DNA of 63,594 bases, counting the filler, from Thraustochytrium aureum (lineage: Eukaryota): assembly GCA_012862495.1 (NCBI GenBank). It is 5 parts of 4 records of this genome, joined end to end, with 100 filler letters (N's around TTAATTAATTAA, not from the genome) between each part and the next. Parts side by side here need not be neighbours in the genome. Positions count along the whole stretch, not along the records: positions 1 to 14,530 come from BLSG01000152.1; 4 more parts are not named here. One strand, given 5' to 3'. Position numbers and translations under genes: made by a program. The notes beneath the pieces are model-generated. The model was not told where the DNA came from. It made no database searches and saw nothing but the letters and a program-made list of their open reading frames with translations. Below are positions 1 to 11,381 of this stretch, piece after piece; the first letter of the stretch is position 1; each line of letters opens with the position of its first letter.

Positions 1-323
1 TCTTCCAAAAGAATTAGGGAGACCAAAGGAAAGTCGGGCAAGGCCTTGCCAGCCTCGGCTTCCTCCTCGGCTTCGGTAGCGAAGCCATCTTGTGCCGCTG
101 CACCCTGCGCTTCGCCCTGCTGCGGCTCGTCGGATGCCTCACTTGTTGATTCAACGTGTTCGCTTTCTTCGGTTTCCTCGGGAGTCTGGTTCATCGTGTC
201 GGAATCTGGTCTTGGCGGGCCGAAGAATACTTTCTTCGGTGCGCTGTCCTCCTCGTGCGGGGTCGTGGTCTGTTCATCAATTTCCATCTGAGCAGACGGG
301 ATCTCGCTGTTGAAAACGCCCAT
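1..323 (-). CDS. Hypothetical acidic low-complexity protein, 5' part, runs off the left edge
   Basis: Manual translation of the minus strand gives an open frame (MGVFNSEIPSAQMEIDEQTTTPHEEDSAPKK...EAEEEAEAGKALPDFPLVSLILLE) with no stop before the window edge. Start is uncertain (ATG at 323 or 287; the frame is also open further upstream). Confidence 0.4.
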   Translation of the reverse strand, partial: MGVFNSEIPSAQMEIDEQTTTPHEEDSAPKKVFFGPPRPDSDTMNQTPEETEESEHVESTSEASDEPQQGEAQGAAAQDGFATEAEEEAEAGKALPDFPLVSLILLE

Positions 324-566
324 GTGGTTCTCGTTCAAATCCAGCTGTTGTTCGCCTCTCGTGGGCAGTTCGCCTTCCGCAATGGTCCTTGTATTCAGGG
401 TTCGCTGTCCTCGCTCTTCTTGCTCGCAGCTCGCTCTGCTTTCGTCGATCTCTATCGCGTTTGCGTTTGGGGTCTGCCGCTTGCTCTGCCGTCCGCTCGA
501 CCTGTGCCAAGACTCTTGACAGCTTCTGGAGAACTCTTGACAAATCTGGAACAATGGAACAATAAT

Positions 567-684
567 TCGAGACCATTCTTGGCGACTCTGGAAGGCTCTG
601 GAGCGATCGAGACCACTCTTGACGACTCTGGAAGGCTCTGGAGCGATCGAGAGGCGCAGCCAAATTCGAGACCATTCTTGGCGA
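567..684. repeat. 40-bp tandem repeat (2 full copies plus partials)
   Basis: TCGAGACCA(T/C)TCTTG(G/A)CGACTCTGGAAGGCTCTGGAGCGA at 567 and 607; partial copies at 647 and 666. Confidence 0.85.
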
Positions 685-765
685 ATCGAGCCGCCTGCGG
701 CAGGCCTGACCTGATGAAGAACGGTGGGGCTCTTGGCATTGGCCTCAGGACATAGGTCGTCGAAG

Positions 766-2588
766 CTATTCGTGCCGCGCCTCCGGCTCGGCCCAGACGC
801 TGTCAGCCTCGGCGCGGCTTGACCTCACATGATGCGCCTTTGCAGCTCGAGCCAGTCCCTTCGAGTTGGTTCGCACGACACGCACGAGGACTCCTACCCT
901 AAAGTCCCCAACCACGAAGCGGGCCCCCTTTTCGTAGTACAGTGCGCCGCGGCCTTCCGGCTTGTTCTCCTCCCACGCCCCGACGTACTTTTCTGCGCGG
1001 TATAGCAAGCCGACCTTTTTGTGCTGGTCGAGGGTGGAAATGAGCGTCTGCTCGCCCTGGCCGTGGCGATGGCCCATTCGGAATTCACCTTTGTACGTCG
1101 TTCCGTCTGCGCACGTGTACGTGCCCTGCCCGTTCCAGGTGTCTCGTTTCCAGGACCCGGCATACTTGCACCTGCCAACCTCTCCGGATCTGATTATTTT
1201 CCCATGGCCAGTACACAAGCGGAGCGGGGCCTCGTACCCTGTCCCTTGCTCGTTTCCGTACAGCATCGTGCCGTACCCATCTCTAACGCTCCGCTGCCAA
1301 TGACCTTCGTACTTGCTCCCATCTGCATAGCTCATGATCCCAAAGCCATTCATTTCGCCATCGACCCAGTTGCCCTCGTATTCGTTGCCGTTGGACCACC
1401 GACGCTTGCCGCGCCCGTTCCGTTTGCCGTCTGGGGCGGGAGTGTGGATCCCGTCCTTGTTGGTCTGCGTTCGCAGAAACTCTCCCTCGTAAAACCCGCC
1501 GTCACTGTACGAGTACTTGCCGGTGCCGTAGGGGACACCTTCGTGAAAAAGGCCCTCGTACTTGTCCCCGTGTGCGTACGTGAGCACGCCCCGCCCATGG
1601 TACAGGCCATCCTTCATCTGCCCAACGTACACTGAGGTTGGTCAACGATCAGCGCAGCGCAGGGTCAGCTCACCGCAGCAGAAAAGCAAGCTTGCGCTCC
1701 CTTGCGCAGTTGCCAGACATGCTCAACAACTCACCGTCGCCTGCGTGGGTCGAAAAGACCCCTTCGCCCTCCATCCGCCCGCGGACCCATTCGCCGTCAT
1801 ACCTGTTGCCAGAGCTGAAGACACGCAGCCCGCGGCCGTGTGGGGCCCCAGAAAAGTACTCTCCTGCGCGCGGGGATATCGTGCTGTCAGGGGTCGCTGC
1901 TCACCACGCTATGCATGTATGAGCCAGTCGGGGCCGGCGTGAACCGCATCGACTTGCTCGTTCCTCAATTGGGAGGGCGTCCTGGGCTCTACCCCGCGAA
2001 TACAGCCGGGTGCAACTTACCCGAGTACGAGCCGCCCACCTTTGTCCCAAAGCTCTTCACCCCGTAACCGTGGTACTTGCCGCTCCGGAAGGCGCCTACG
2101 TACGACTCGCCGTGGTTTTTCAAAAACTCGAGCTTGCCCTGGCCCTGGTACTTGTCCCTCGCAAACTCGCCGGAATACCTCACGTTTCGGTCCACAAACA
2201 CGCCTTTGCCGTGCCTAAACCCGTCTTGGAACTCTCCATCGTACGACGAGCCGCAGTCGCCGTCCACGAAAAGCCCGCGCCCGCTCTTTTTCCCTTGCTT
2301 CCACGTCCCTTCGTAGCGCACCTGCCTGCCTTGCTTTGTCGTTTGCACAAGCACACCAAACCCGTCTCGCAGGTTGAACCTGAACTCTCCCACATACCGG
2401 TCCCCATTCGCGTACAAGAATGCGCCCTTGCCGTGCCGCTGGTTGTTCATCAGCTCGCCTTCGTACACGTCGCCGTTCGCGTACTTGACGACGCCCTTGC
2501 GGTACACGTTGCCGCCATCGTCGTCATTGTCGGCTTCGGCGCCGCCGCGAAGCCGCCCGCCTCGCGTATCGCCACTTCGTCGGCCCAT
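766..2588 (-). CDS. MORN-repeat protein, 3 exons (2588-2021, 1863-1735, 1631-766)
   Basis: Many YxGxF/W...HGxG MORN repeats in ORFs 1989..2588 and 766..1632. A middle exon (EYFSGAPHGRGLRVFSSGNRYDGEW...) is joined in frame by GTAAG...CAG (2020-1864) and GTGAG...CAG (1734-1632) introns. Confidence 0.9.
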
Positions 2589-2718
2589 CGGTACCGACCT
2601 TTAGCGCTTTCGCGCGGGCCGATTGCTGGTCTGCCGCGCCGGCAGTTGGTGGAGTTGACCGCGGCGAGGTCGATGCAGGTGTCCGTTGTGGCCGTTTAGG
2701 ACAGAAACTGCATGCTTC

Positions 2719-3879
2719 ATGGACGACGGTCTGTCTGTCAGAAAACCACCCACCAATCGCGCATGGGCGCGCTGCGGCGCTCGAGACTCGGGCGACGCGC
2801 CTCCTGGATGCTGCATTGCTGGTGCATCGGAGAGAATGGAGCGCGCGAGGCGCCAGGTGCGAGCCAGTCGCTTGAAGAGCAGGTGGTCGAGAGCGTTTGA
2901 GACGGCTGAAGGGCTCGAGACTCGGCGGGCGTACTTTGACAAGGACCAGATGCAAACGGCGCTGCGTGGCCTGCGTGTGTCACTATCTGAGCGCGAGGTC
3001 GAGGAGATTTGGGGGCAATTGCGCGAAGAGGTCCGAGGGAGTCAAGTTGTCGCCGTGGACGTGCTGGAGCGCGCACTGCTTTGTTCGCCTTCGCAGAGCG
3101 GCGACCGAAATCGCTCGCAAGCGACCCGAGAACCTGCTTCCGTGGCGGCCGCACCAAATGGCGCAAAAGCGCTGCTGCATGGCGCGCCGCAACTTGTGGA
3201 GCGGTTTCGGGCCTTTTGCACAACTCGCTCGCGAATGGGGCGCGACGTCGCCAGCTTGTTTAGCGACCTGCTTGCAGATACTTCTGGCGGATTGGAGGTT
3301 CTTTCGCGCGAGAGGCTGCAGGATATTCTCGAAAGTCTTTGCCCAGAAGACGACGATCAGCGACGCGCTGGGCTCGTTCCCTTTGTCGCCAGGCAGCTTT
3401 TGCGCCAGATGGATCGCGCGCATCACGGCTTCGTGTCCTTCACGGACTTTGCGCGCTGGCTCTCCACCTCGCCATCGCGAGCACCAAAGGAATCGCGCGG
3501 AATCGTGCGTTGTGACCGGTCGCCAAACGAAGACCAGTGTCAGCGCCAAGCGGATGGTGCGACTATGGACGACCCTGAGTGGGAGCGTTTCGCTCTCCAC
3601 AGCAGTGCCGAGCGAAACTGCGCAGCGCAAGGTGCTACGCTCGCTGTACTTCGCGCTGCCTTCGCGCGGGAGCGTCGAAACGCGGCTTTCAAGAGCTTCG
3701 AGCAGGCAGCGTCAGAGCTCGGTGACGACGCCAGGGTCCCCCTGGCCAAGGTCAAGAAGATCATTTCAGCGGCGCATTGTGCTTTAACGGATTCCCAGCT
3801 CGACAGCGTCTTGCCGCTGCTTGGGTTCAGGCGAAAGCAGAGCACAATCTCCAGAGATCTCTGGCTCAATCCGTTTTAG
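2719..3879 (+). CDS. EF-hand-like helical protein
   Basis: Long ORF with EF-hand-like segments (LLRQMDRAHHGFVSFTDFARWL; LRVSLSEREVEEIW; LTDSQLDSVL). May continue through a frame change near 3860 and across the gap. Confidence 0.55.
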   Translation: MDDGLSVRKPPTNRAWARCGARDSGDAPPGCCIAGASERMERARRQVRASRLKSRWSRAFETAEGLETRRAYFDKDQMQTALRGLRVSLSEREVEEIWGQLREEVRGSQVVAVDVLERALLCSPSQSGDRNRSQATREPASVAAAPNGAKALLHGAPQLVERFRAFCTTRSRMGRDVASLFSDLLADTSGGLEVLSRERLQDILESLCPEDDDQRRAGLVPFVARQLLRQMDRAHHGFVSFTDFARWLSTSPSRAPKESRGIVRCDRSPNEDQCQRQADGATMDDPEWERFALHSSAERNCAAQGATLAVLRAAFARERRNAAFKSFEQAASELGDDARVPLAKVKKIISAAHCALTDSQLDSVLPLLGFRRKQSTISRDLWLNPF

Positions 3880-4600
3880 ACAAGCACGCCACAGTGGAGG
3901 GCTCGCTGCCGACTTCGAACCCGAAACTAAAGCGCTTCGCTGGTGCTTTGTGGTCAGTGCGGCGACCTCTTGCCACAGGTGACGAGTTTTCTGACGGGGA
4001 CAGCTCGCCAACAAGCAGCCAAGGCAGCGACTGCGAAAGACCTCGCTTGGTTGCGACTGCAGGTGAACCTGCTTTGCTTGGCGGAGTCAACGGGCCCGCA
4101 ACTGCGGTCACTTTGCGCAGCAGGGCCAAGTGGTATGGTGCTGCCAAGATGGAGGGCCCTGTGTGGTCGACCACCCCGGCGTCACCGACAACTGCAAACT
4201 CCTCCTCCTCCTCCTCCTCCTCCTCCTCTTCCTCCTCNNNNNNNNNNNNNNNNNNNNNNNNNNNNNNNNNNNNNNNNNNNNNNNNNNNNNNNNNNNNNNN
4301 NNNNNNNNNNNNNNNNNNNNNNNNNNNNNNNNNNNNNNNNNNNNNNNNNNNNNNNNNNNNNNNNNNNNNNNNNNNNNNNNNNNNNNNNNNNNNNNNNNNN
4401 NNNNNNNNNNNNNNNNNNNNNNNNNNNNNNNNNNNNNNNNNNNNNNNNNNNNNNNNNNNNNNNNNNNNNNNNNNNNNNNNNNNNNNNNNNNNNNNNNNNN
4501 NNNNNNNNNNNNNNNNNNNNNNNNNNNNNNNNNNNNNNNNNNNNNNNNNNNNNNNNNNNNNNNNNNNNNNNNNNNNNNNNNNNNNNNNNNNNNNNNNNNN

Positions 4601-5281
4601 AAAGGCTTTGAAAACAAGCACTTTTTAAGGTACTCGGTCATGCCGTCAGGCAGCCAAGCAGCAGAGACCTTCGCCTGGGCGACCTTTGCCGAGAGCCGTG
4701 CGGCCGCCAAGCGGCGCGGGGCGGCGGTCGAGCTCGTCGTCCCACTCGACGTCGCTCTTAGCTATCCGGTGCGTGACCTTCGCGCGAACGACCTGCAGAG
4801 GGGCCTCAGCGACGAGCAGCGCGCGGCAGCTTGCCGCATGCACATCAAGGTGGAATTGCTGCGGCGAGCCCGCGCGCCTTGGCACCGCCCCAGCGTCGTT
4901 GGTGTGGCTCGCCTTGGCCTCGGTCAAAAGTACCTGGGCCAAATCGCGCAGGGGCCGGTTCTCGAGCACGTCGAGCCCTGGACATGCGTCCAGGCGTCCG
5001 TATATCGCTCGCAGTGCGGTCCAAGCCAGGCTCACCGAAGCAAGCTGTGCCGCGTGTTCGTTGATGAGGAGCTCACACGCAAGAAAGGTCGTCCAAACGA
5101 CTTCCAAGAACACGTACAAAACCAGTTTCGCAATTCTGATTCCGCGCGCAGCGGCGATGTCGCGCCAGCCAGCTTTCACAGCAGCCCCAACGGGTCCTCG
5201 AACCACCGCACGGTGCCGGCAAGGCCCACGCCAGCGAGCCCAACGCGCGAAAAACCCAACGAGCTCGCCTGGACGGACTGA
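4601..5281 (+). CDS. Hypothetical protein C-terminal part (C2-like segment); possibly the same gene as 2719..3879
   Basis: Open frame after the gap with protein-like sequence (FLRYSVMP...MHIKVELLRR...SVVGVARLGL), reminiscent of C2-domain beta-strands. Confidence 0.4.
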   Translation, partial: KGFENKHFLRYSVMPSGSQAAETFAWATFAESRAAAKRRGAAVELVVPLDVALSYPVRDLRANDLQRGLSDEQRAAACRMHIKVELLRRARAPWHRPSVVGVARLGLGQKYLGQIAQGPVLEHVEPWTCVQASVYRSQCGPSQAHRSKLCRVFVDEELTRKKGRPNDFQEHVQNQFRNSDSARSGDVAPASFHSSPNGSSNHRTVPARPTPASPTREKPNELAWTD

Positions 5282-5563
5282 CGTGGTGCGGCGACTCCGA
5301 CCAGAACCGCAACGACAGGTGGACGTTTGCGGCGCGAACGACCGAGCGGGCGGGAGAGAGACGCTCCTACTGCCTTCGTTCGGTGCTGCCGCCGCTCCGT
5401 TGGCAGCCCGGCCGAGCGCGCTGCGCGGCTTTTGTGGTCAACGGGCCTCTCGCACAGGGGGCCGCGGGCGAGTGGTGCGGAGTGGATTCCCGGGTCAAGC
5501 CAACCTTGCCGGCGTTGCACTCCGAACTCGATCACTCGCTCGGCGAACGACGCCGGTCCAACG

Positions 5564-8500
5564 ATGCGCGGGGAGGGCCAGTGGCATGCCCGAGGCGCAG
5601 CTGAAGCGGTCGGCCACATTGCCGGGTTTGGGAGCGTTCCGACCGCCCTTTTGGCGAGGTGCCCTGGGCTTGGGACCCAGTGCCAAGCGGCGCTTCGCGA
5701 GTTTGCGAGCAGCGAGAGGCTTCGCGCAGAGCGGGAGCAGTTCAAGGAGGCGAACGCCGCGTGTTCGCAAAAAGCGCTCGAGCCCTGCTGGAATGACGAG
5801 TTCAAGCACTGGCGCTCGAACGTGTGCAAGGTTGAGTGCGAAGTAGGGCGCAATGCTCTGCGCGAGGCCTGCGAAGCGCCGGATGTGAACGGCACCCTGT
5901 GCGACTGGCAGGTCGGTCTTGGCTTGGGCGGCACTGCGGTGGAGGCGAGAGAGCCGCTCTGTCTGCCAGGATCTTGCGAGGCCGACTCGGACCTTGCTGC
6001 TTTGGACGCTTGCATCATGGCCCACACTTGCGACATCGTGCCGCGCGAGCTTCTCCCAGAGTGCAAGAGCAACCTTGCGTGCGGACCCGCCCGCGCGGCC
6101 ATCGTCCCGATATTGATCACCGTCGCTGTTGTGGCTCTTGCTGCCGCCGCGGCGGCCTGGTGCTGTGCCTTGTTTGCACGGCGCGGGAGGGCCAAGCTCG
6201 AAGGCCTGCGGTCTGCTGGCCTGCGCGACGAGCTTTTGCAGCATGAGAGCCACACCGACTACGGAATCGTGGAAGGCACCCCGCGCGCCATCAACTCCAA
6301 CCTCGTGAACAGCTTGCTCCTGACGTCTACGCCAGACATATTCTTTGGCCGGGACGGCCACGACCCAGCCGTATCCCCGCTGTCACAAGTGATGGAGGCG
6401 CCCAGCCCTTCGCGAGAGGGACTGTGTCGCAAGATCTTCAGGCTAACCAGTACCAGGACGGTCAGCGGCAGGCCTCTGGCGCAGGGACTGACGGGCGCGA
6501 AGGTCTTGCTCAGCCACCGGCTCGGCTGAGCCACGATGGAACGCGCACCGCTGCATTCACAGCAGACGTTGACGGTCTAGAACCCCCGCAGGTTCGCTTC
6601 CGGCTGAACGAAGGCCTGGAGTCGCACGTGTTGGAAGCCCTTCGCAGAAGGATGATTCACAGTGAGCCGAATGCTGAAGGCGAGTCCTCGCTCGTCTGGC
6701 ACAACTTGTGCCTTCGGCGTGGGGGCGTGGACGTGCTTCGCGGCCTCACCGGCATGATCAAGCCAGGTACCATGGTCGCTGTCATCGGGGCCCCTGACAG
6801 CGGAGCCACAACTCTTCTCAAGGTCCTTGCGGGACGGTCCAGAGGCGGGGAGCAGCGCGGCGAGATTCTGGTCGACGGCAAGCCTCCTGACCACCTTGTT
6901 CATCTCAAGGTGGGCTACATCCCCAAGGAGGACTACAATTTGCCAACGCTCACGGTGCGCGAGACGCTAGCGTTCAGCCTGGCCCTACGGTCTGGCCGAG
7001 AGCTGTCGCCCAAGCTGCGCGAAGATCGCGTCAACGCTACGTTGCAGCTTCTCGGACTATCGCACGTCGCTGACACTGTTGTGGGCGACCAGCTCGTTCG
7101 AGGTTGCTCGGGCGGCGAGAAGCGACGGGTGAGCATCGGCGTCGAAGCGATCGTAGGGCGCAGGATCCAAATCATGGACTGCGTCACGAATGGGCTCGAC
7201 TCGGGGGCCGCATTCGAGGTTATCAAGACCGCTCGAGTGCTGGCAGACGTTGGGCTCAACTGCTCGCTCGCCACGGTGCGCCAGCCATCGCCCGACCTGC
7301 TTGGGCTGTTCCACAAGGTCTGTCTCGTGAGCCGTGGGAGCTGCCTCTACTTTGGGCCAACTACTGGCGTGGAGGCATATTTTGGTCGCCTCGGGTTCCT
7401 GCGTCCTTCCGCAAAAGCACTTCCCGACTTTCTGGAGGAGCTCACAGGGGACGCCACGCCCTTCGTGGCGGGCTCCCAGCTCGCCTCCGGGGACGCCGCC
7501 GCAGAGGCTTTAACGCGGACAAGTGACACCTACGACAGCGCGCTGACTGTGTCCTCCGCGTCAGGGTCGGGCAGCGGCACGCGACCCAACTTGCAAGAGT
7601 CTTCGCGGCGCGTCGGTCGCGCCCCGCTGAATCGCACCCAGTCCCGCATTCGAATCAATTTGGTGGATGCCTTCAAACAAAGTGACCTGTATGAGGCCCT
7701 CGGTAAAGCGATCTGGGCCGAGCTGGACAGGAGCTCGGTGGCGGGTCGGCGAGCCGCAGACCTGTTCGACTCTGACGATTATGCCTCGGACGACGGCCTC
7801 GCGGACGCCGAGGACTGGGCGCCAGCAGCCCTCATGGCGAGACTTTTGAGGTCCGCCCGCGCCGCTCGGGCGTTTATCATGCGTGATGAGCGCTACGAGA
7901 CAGGGTTCCGAACCCAGCTTGCGGTTTGCTTCGCGCGGCAAGCAAAGATTACCGTGCGCTCGCCCACAGCCAAGGCAAAGCTGTTTCGGGCCGTGTTCCA
8001 AGGCGTTCTCTTGGGGACGATTTTTTTCCAGCTTGGCAACGACCAGAGCGCCGCTCGCGACCGGTACGGGCTCCTGTTTATCGTCGTGACGTCCGTTGCG
8101 ATGGGCGCGCTCGCGGTCATCCCGCAGCTGTTCAACCAGCGAACGATATTCTACCACCAGCACGTCGCAGGCTACTTTCGCTCGATGGCTTACCTTGCAA
8201 GTGTGGTGCTCTGCGAAGTGCCGCTTTTCTTTTGCGAGGCGGGCGTGTTTGCCACCATCATGTACCCGCTGGCTGGCCTGAACGGGGGCGTGTTTTCTGA
8301 AAACTGGCTCTACTTGGTGCTCTCCCACGTGGTGCTCAACTTTGCTTCGTTCTCGCTCTGTCTGCTGGGCGTGATGGCCGCGCCGACCTCGACGGTGGCC
8401 ACGGCCGCCGTGCCGACTTTCATGAGCCTCTTCATTCTTTTTAGTGGGTATCTGGTGCGCCGTGACAAACTCCCTCTGCAGTGGGTCAACGATCTCTCGA

Positions 8501-10980
8501 TCATCACGCGCCCCTTCAAGGGCATGGTCCTCAACGAGATGGAGGGGCTGATTTTCCGCTGCGACGACGATGAGCTCGTGCCGCCGCTCGACTACCCGAA
8601 CGCTACCGTCCCGCCCCCAAACGGGTTTTGGGGCCAGCAGTACCGGACGTGTCCGATCGCCACAGGCCACTTATCGCTCTACATGTATGGGTTTCAGGAG
8701 GGCGAGCAGAACAAGTGGGTCTTGCTGCAGCAAAACCTCTGGTTCATTCTCTTCTTCCAAGCGCTGTTGATCGTGGCGCTCAACACAATATCTTATGCGC
8801 CAGATAGCAGCGACAGCGCGGTAATGGCCATGCAGAACAGGAAGCGGATGCGTCGCCTGGAGCGTCGCGCGGCGCTGCGCAGTCTGCGGGAACGGCAAGC
8901 GCGAGCCTCGGGTGCTTCAGGAGTCGAGCGCGACGACGATCTCGCGCTCGAGAACGGCGTCCGCGACCGCGCATGTTCGCCAGATTCGCTGCCTGGCAGC
9001 GGCGTAGCCGTCGCTGCCCGATCGGGCAGCATCGAGTTCGCCAACCTCAGCTACTCGGTTGAGATCAACAAGCGGTGGTGCGGCAAGGGCGAGGCGCGCC
9101 AGCTCCTCCACGGCGTCTCTGGGTTCGTCAAGGGCGAAATACTGGCGCTCATGGGTCCTTCTGGCGCAGGCAAATCGACCTTGCTCGACGTCTTGGCGAT
9201 GCGAAAAACAGGCGGAGAGGTATCTTTTGATAGGCTTTTGGTGAGCGGGCGTCCGCGCGACCGCTTCTTCGCTCGCGTGGCCGGCTACGTCGAGCAGATG
9301 GATTCGCACCTTAGCACGACGACTGTCTACGAAGCAATCTGGGTCTCCGCGGCCCTGCGGCTTCCCGCGCGTATCACAGCAGCGGAGAAGCGAGAGCGGG
9401 TGGAGCAAGTCATCGATCGCCTTGAGCTTCGCCCCTTTGTGGACGAGCAGATCGGCTCCGCCGAAGCGGGCGGTGTCAGCCCAGAGGTGCGCAAAAAGGT
9501 CACGATCGCTGTTGAGCTGGTGTTTGACAGCGAAAACATATTTTTGGACGAGCCAACCACGGGGCTAGATGCCAAGTCGGCGCTGTCCATCATGCGGGCT
9601 ATCCGTCGCACCTGCTCGTCCAAGTCGACGATCTGCACGATCCACCAGCCGAGCGCCGAGGTTTTTGCCCTTTTCGACTCGGTTCTGCTCTTGCAGCAAG
9701 GCGGACGCGCCTGCTATTTTGGGCCCGTGGCGAGCATGATTGCCTACTTTGAGGGCCGCGGGTTTGGGGCCTGCCCGGCCACGAAAAACCCTGCAGACTA
9801 TGCGCTGGACTGCAGCAGGGCTGTCCTACCGGACGGTCGCGACGCAGCGACAGTTTACGAAGCGTCGGACCACCAAGCAGCGATGCTAGCCAGGGCGCCG
9901 TCGCTGCTTGAGCGGCCCCAGTTGGACGTCAGCAGCGCGAGCCTTTCTGGGGCAGGGCCGACGTCGGCTGGCTTTCGATCCTCGTGCGCTGCGCCGGTGT
10001 CGACCCAATTCCGCGTGCAGCTTGCGACGCAGCTGGCCTACCAGTATCGCGACAGGCCACTGCTGCTCACGCGAGTCGTGACGGCTGTGCTCTTCGGGCT
10101 GATCATCGGTGGAATATTTTACAACATGGACAGGTCGCAGGCTTCGGCGCAGTCGCGCATCGGCCTGATCTTTATTGGGCTCGTCTACTCGGGGTACACG
10201 GCGATTCTGTGCATTCCGAAGAGCATCGACCAGCGCCCCGTGAGGTTTCGCGAGTTTGGCTCCAACTACTACTACATGTGGGTGCACTACTTGGCGGTGT
10301 TTTGCGCCGAGGTGCCGTTCATCGTGCTGCAGGTCGGCCTCTACGTGCTCACGTTTTACTTTCTCGTTGGCCTGCGCGGCGGCGAGCACTTTTGGGCCTT
10401 TTTCGGGGTCATCATGCTTCATTCGCTCACCACGTTTGGCGTCTCCTCCCTCATCGCGATGGTGGCCCCGAATGCGGACACTGGGACGATCATCAACGCG
10501 GTCTGCAACGGGACAATGACCTTGCTCTGCGGGTTTCTCGTCCCGTTCCAGAGCATTCCCGCGTTTTGGCGCATCTTTTACTACCTCAGCTTTTACCGCT
10601 TTGGGCTCGGCGTGCTCGTCACCAACGAGCTGCGAGGCGCAAGCTTCAACTGCGGGCCGCACAACAACGAGTCTGCGGTTCCCGTGTTCGTCGGTGGCCT
10701 CAGCGCCGATTTCCCGCCGCCTCCGTATGGCTCTGCGGGTTTGCCCAACCCGGTCTGCCTCGAGGAGCTCACGCAAGGGTACCAGAGCGCTCTGGCTGAC
10801 CCGTTCTGCTTCCGCTACTATTGCCCCATCATCGAGGGCTCGTTTTTGTTGGACCGCTTCTCCTTCCCGCAGACAGACGCCGCCATCGCCCAGAGCCTGG
10901 CTGCTCTCGGCGCGTTCGCTTTCGGCCTGCGGGTTGCGGCTTATTTGGCGATGCGCAACGTCCAGAGCATCAACCGCTGA
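5564..10980 (+). CDS. Full-size ABCG (PDR-type, NBD-TMD x2) transporter with N-terminal Cys-rich region and extra TM helix; intron 6461-6513
   Basis: NBD1: GAPDSGAT, CSGGEKRR signature, IMDCVTNGLD. TMD1, then NBD2: GPSGAGKST, VSPEVRKK, FLDEPTTGLD. TMD2 follows. A 53-nt GT..CTGAC..CAG intron joins ORF 5327..6529 to ORF 6424..10980 in frame (phase 0). The start codon is uncertain. Confidence 0.9.
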
Positions 10981-11293
10981 AGCCAGCCAGCCAGCCAGCC
11001 CGCCGTCGCGCGGTATTCGCGCGCGAACTGCCTGTAGGAAGACTGAGCAAGGTGCCCCATGCGGTGCTGGCACCGGAACGCGTCACTGATCGGGTCCTGA
11101 GATCGCCAATGCTGCGCCGACCGGTCGCGCCAATCCACCAATCGATCCCAATCAGTTCACCCATCAATCGATGGACGCGGGACGCACGCACTCTGGGGGG
11201 AGTCCTGCTCGAGTCCCTGGTCCATTGTTCCCCAGGGACCTGTTTGTTCGTGCGCCCAAACGAATCTATCCGTTGCGGCGCGAGTTGCAGGTG

Positions 11294-11347
11294 ATGACTT
11301 TTCCGCCTCTTCCGTACGTACAAGGCATCGCGCAGCGGTGCGGCGAA

Positions 11348-11381
<34 letters not shown>

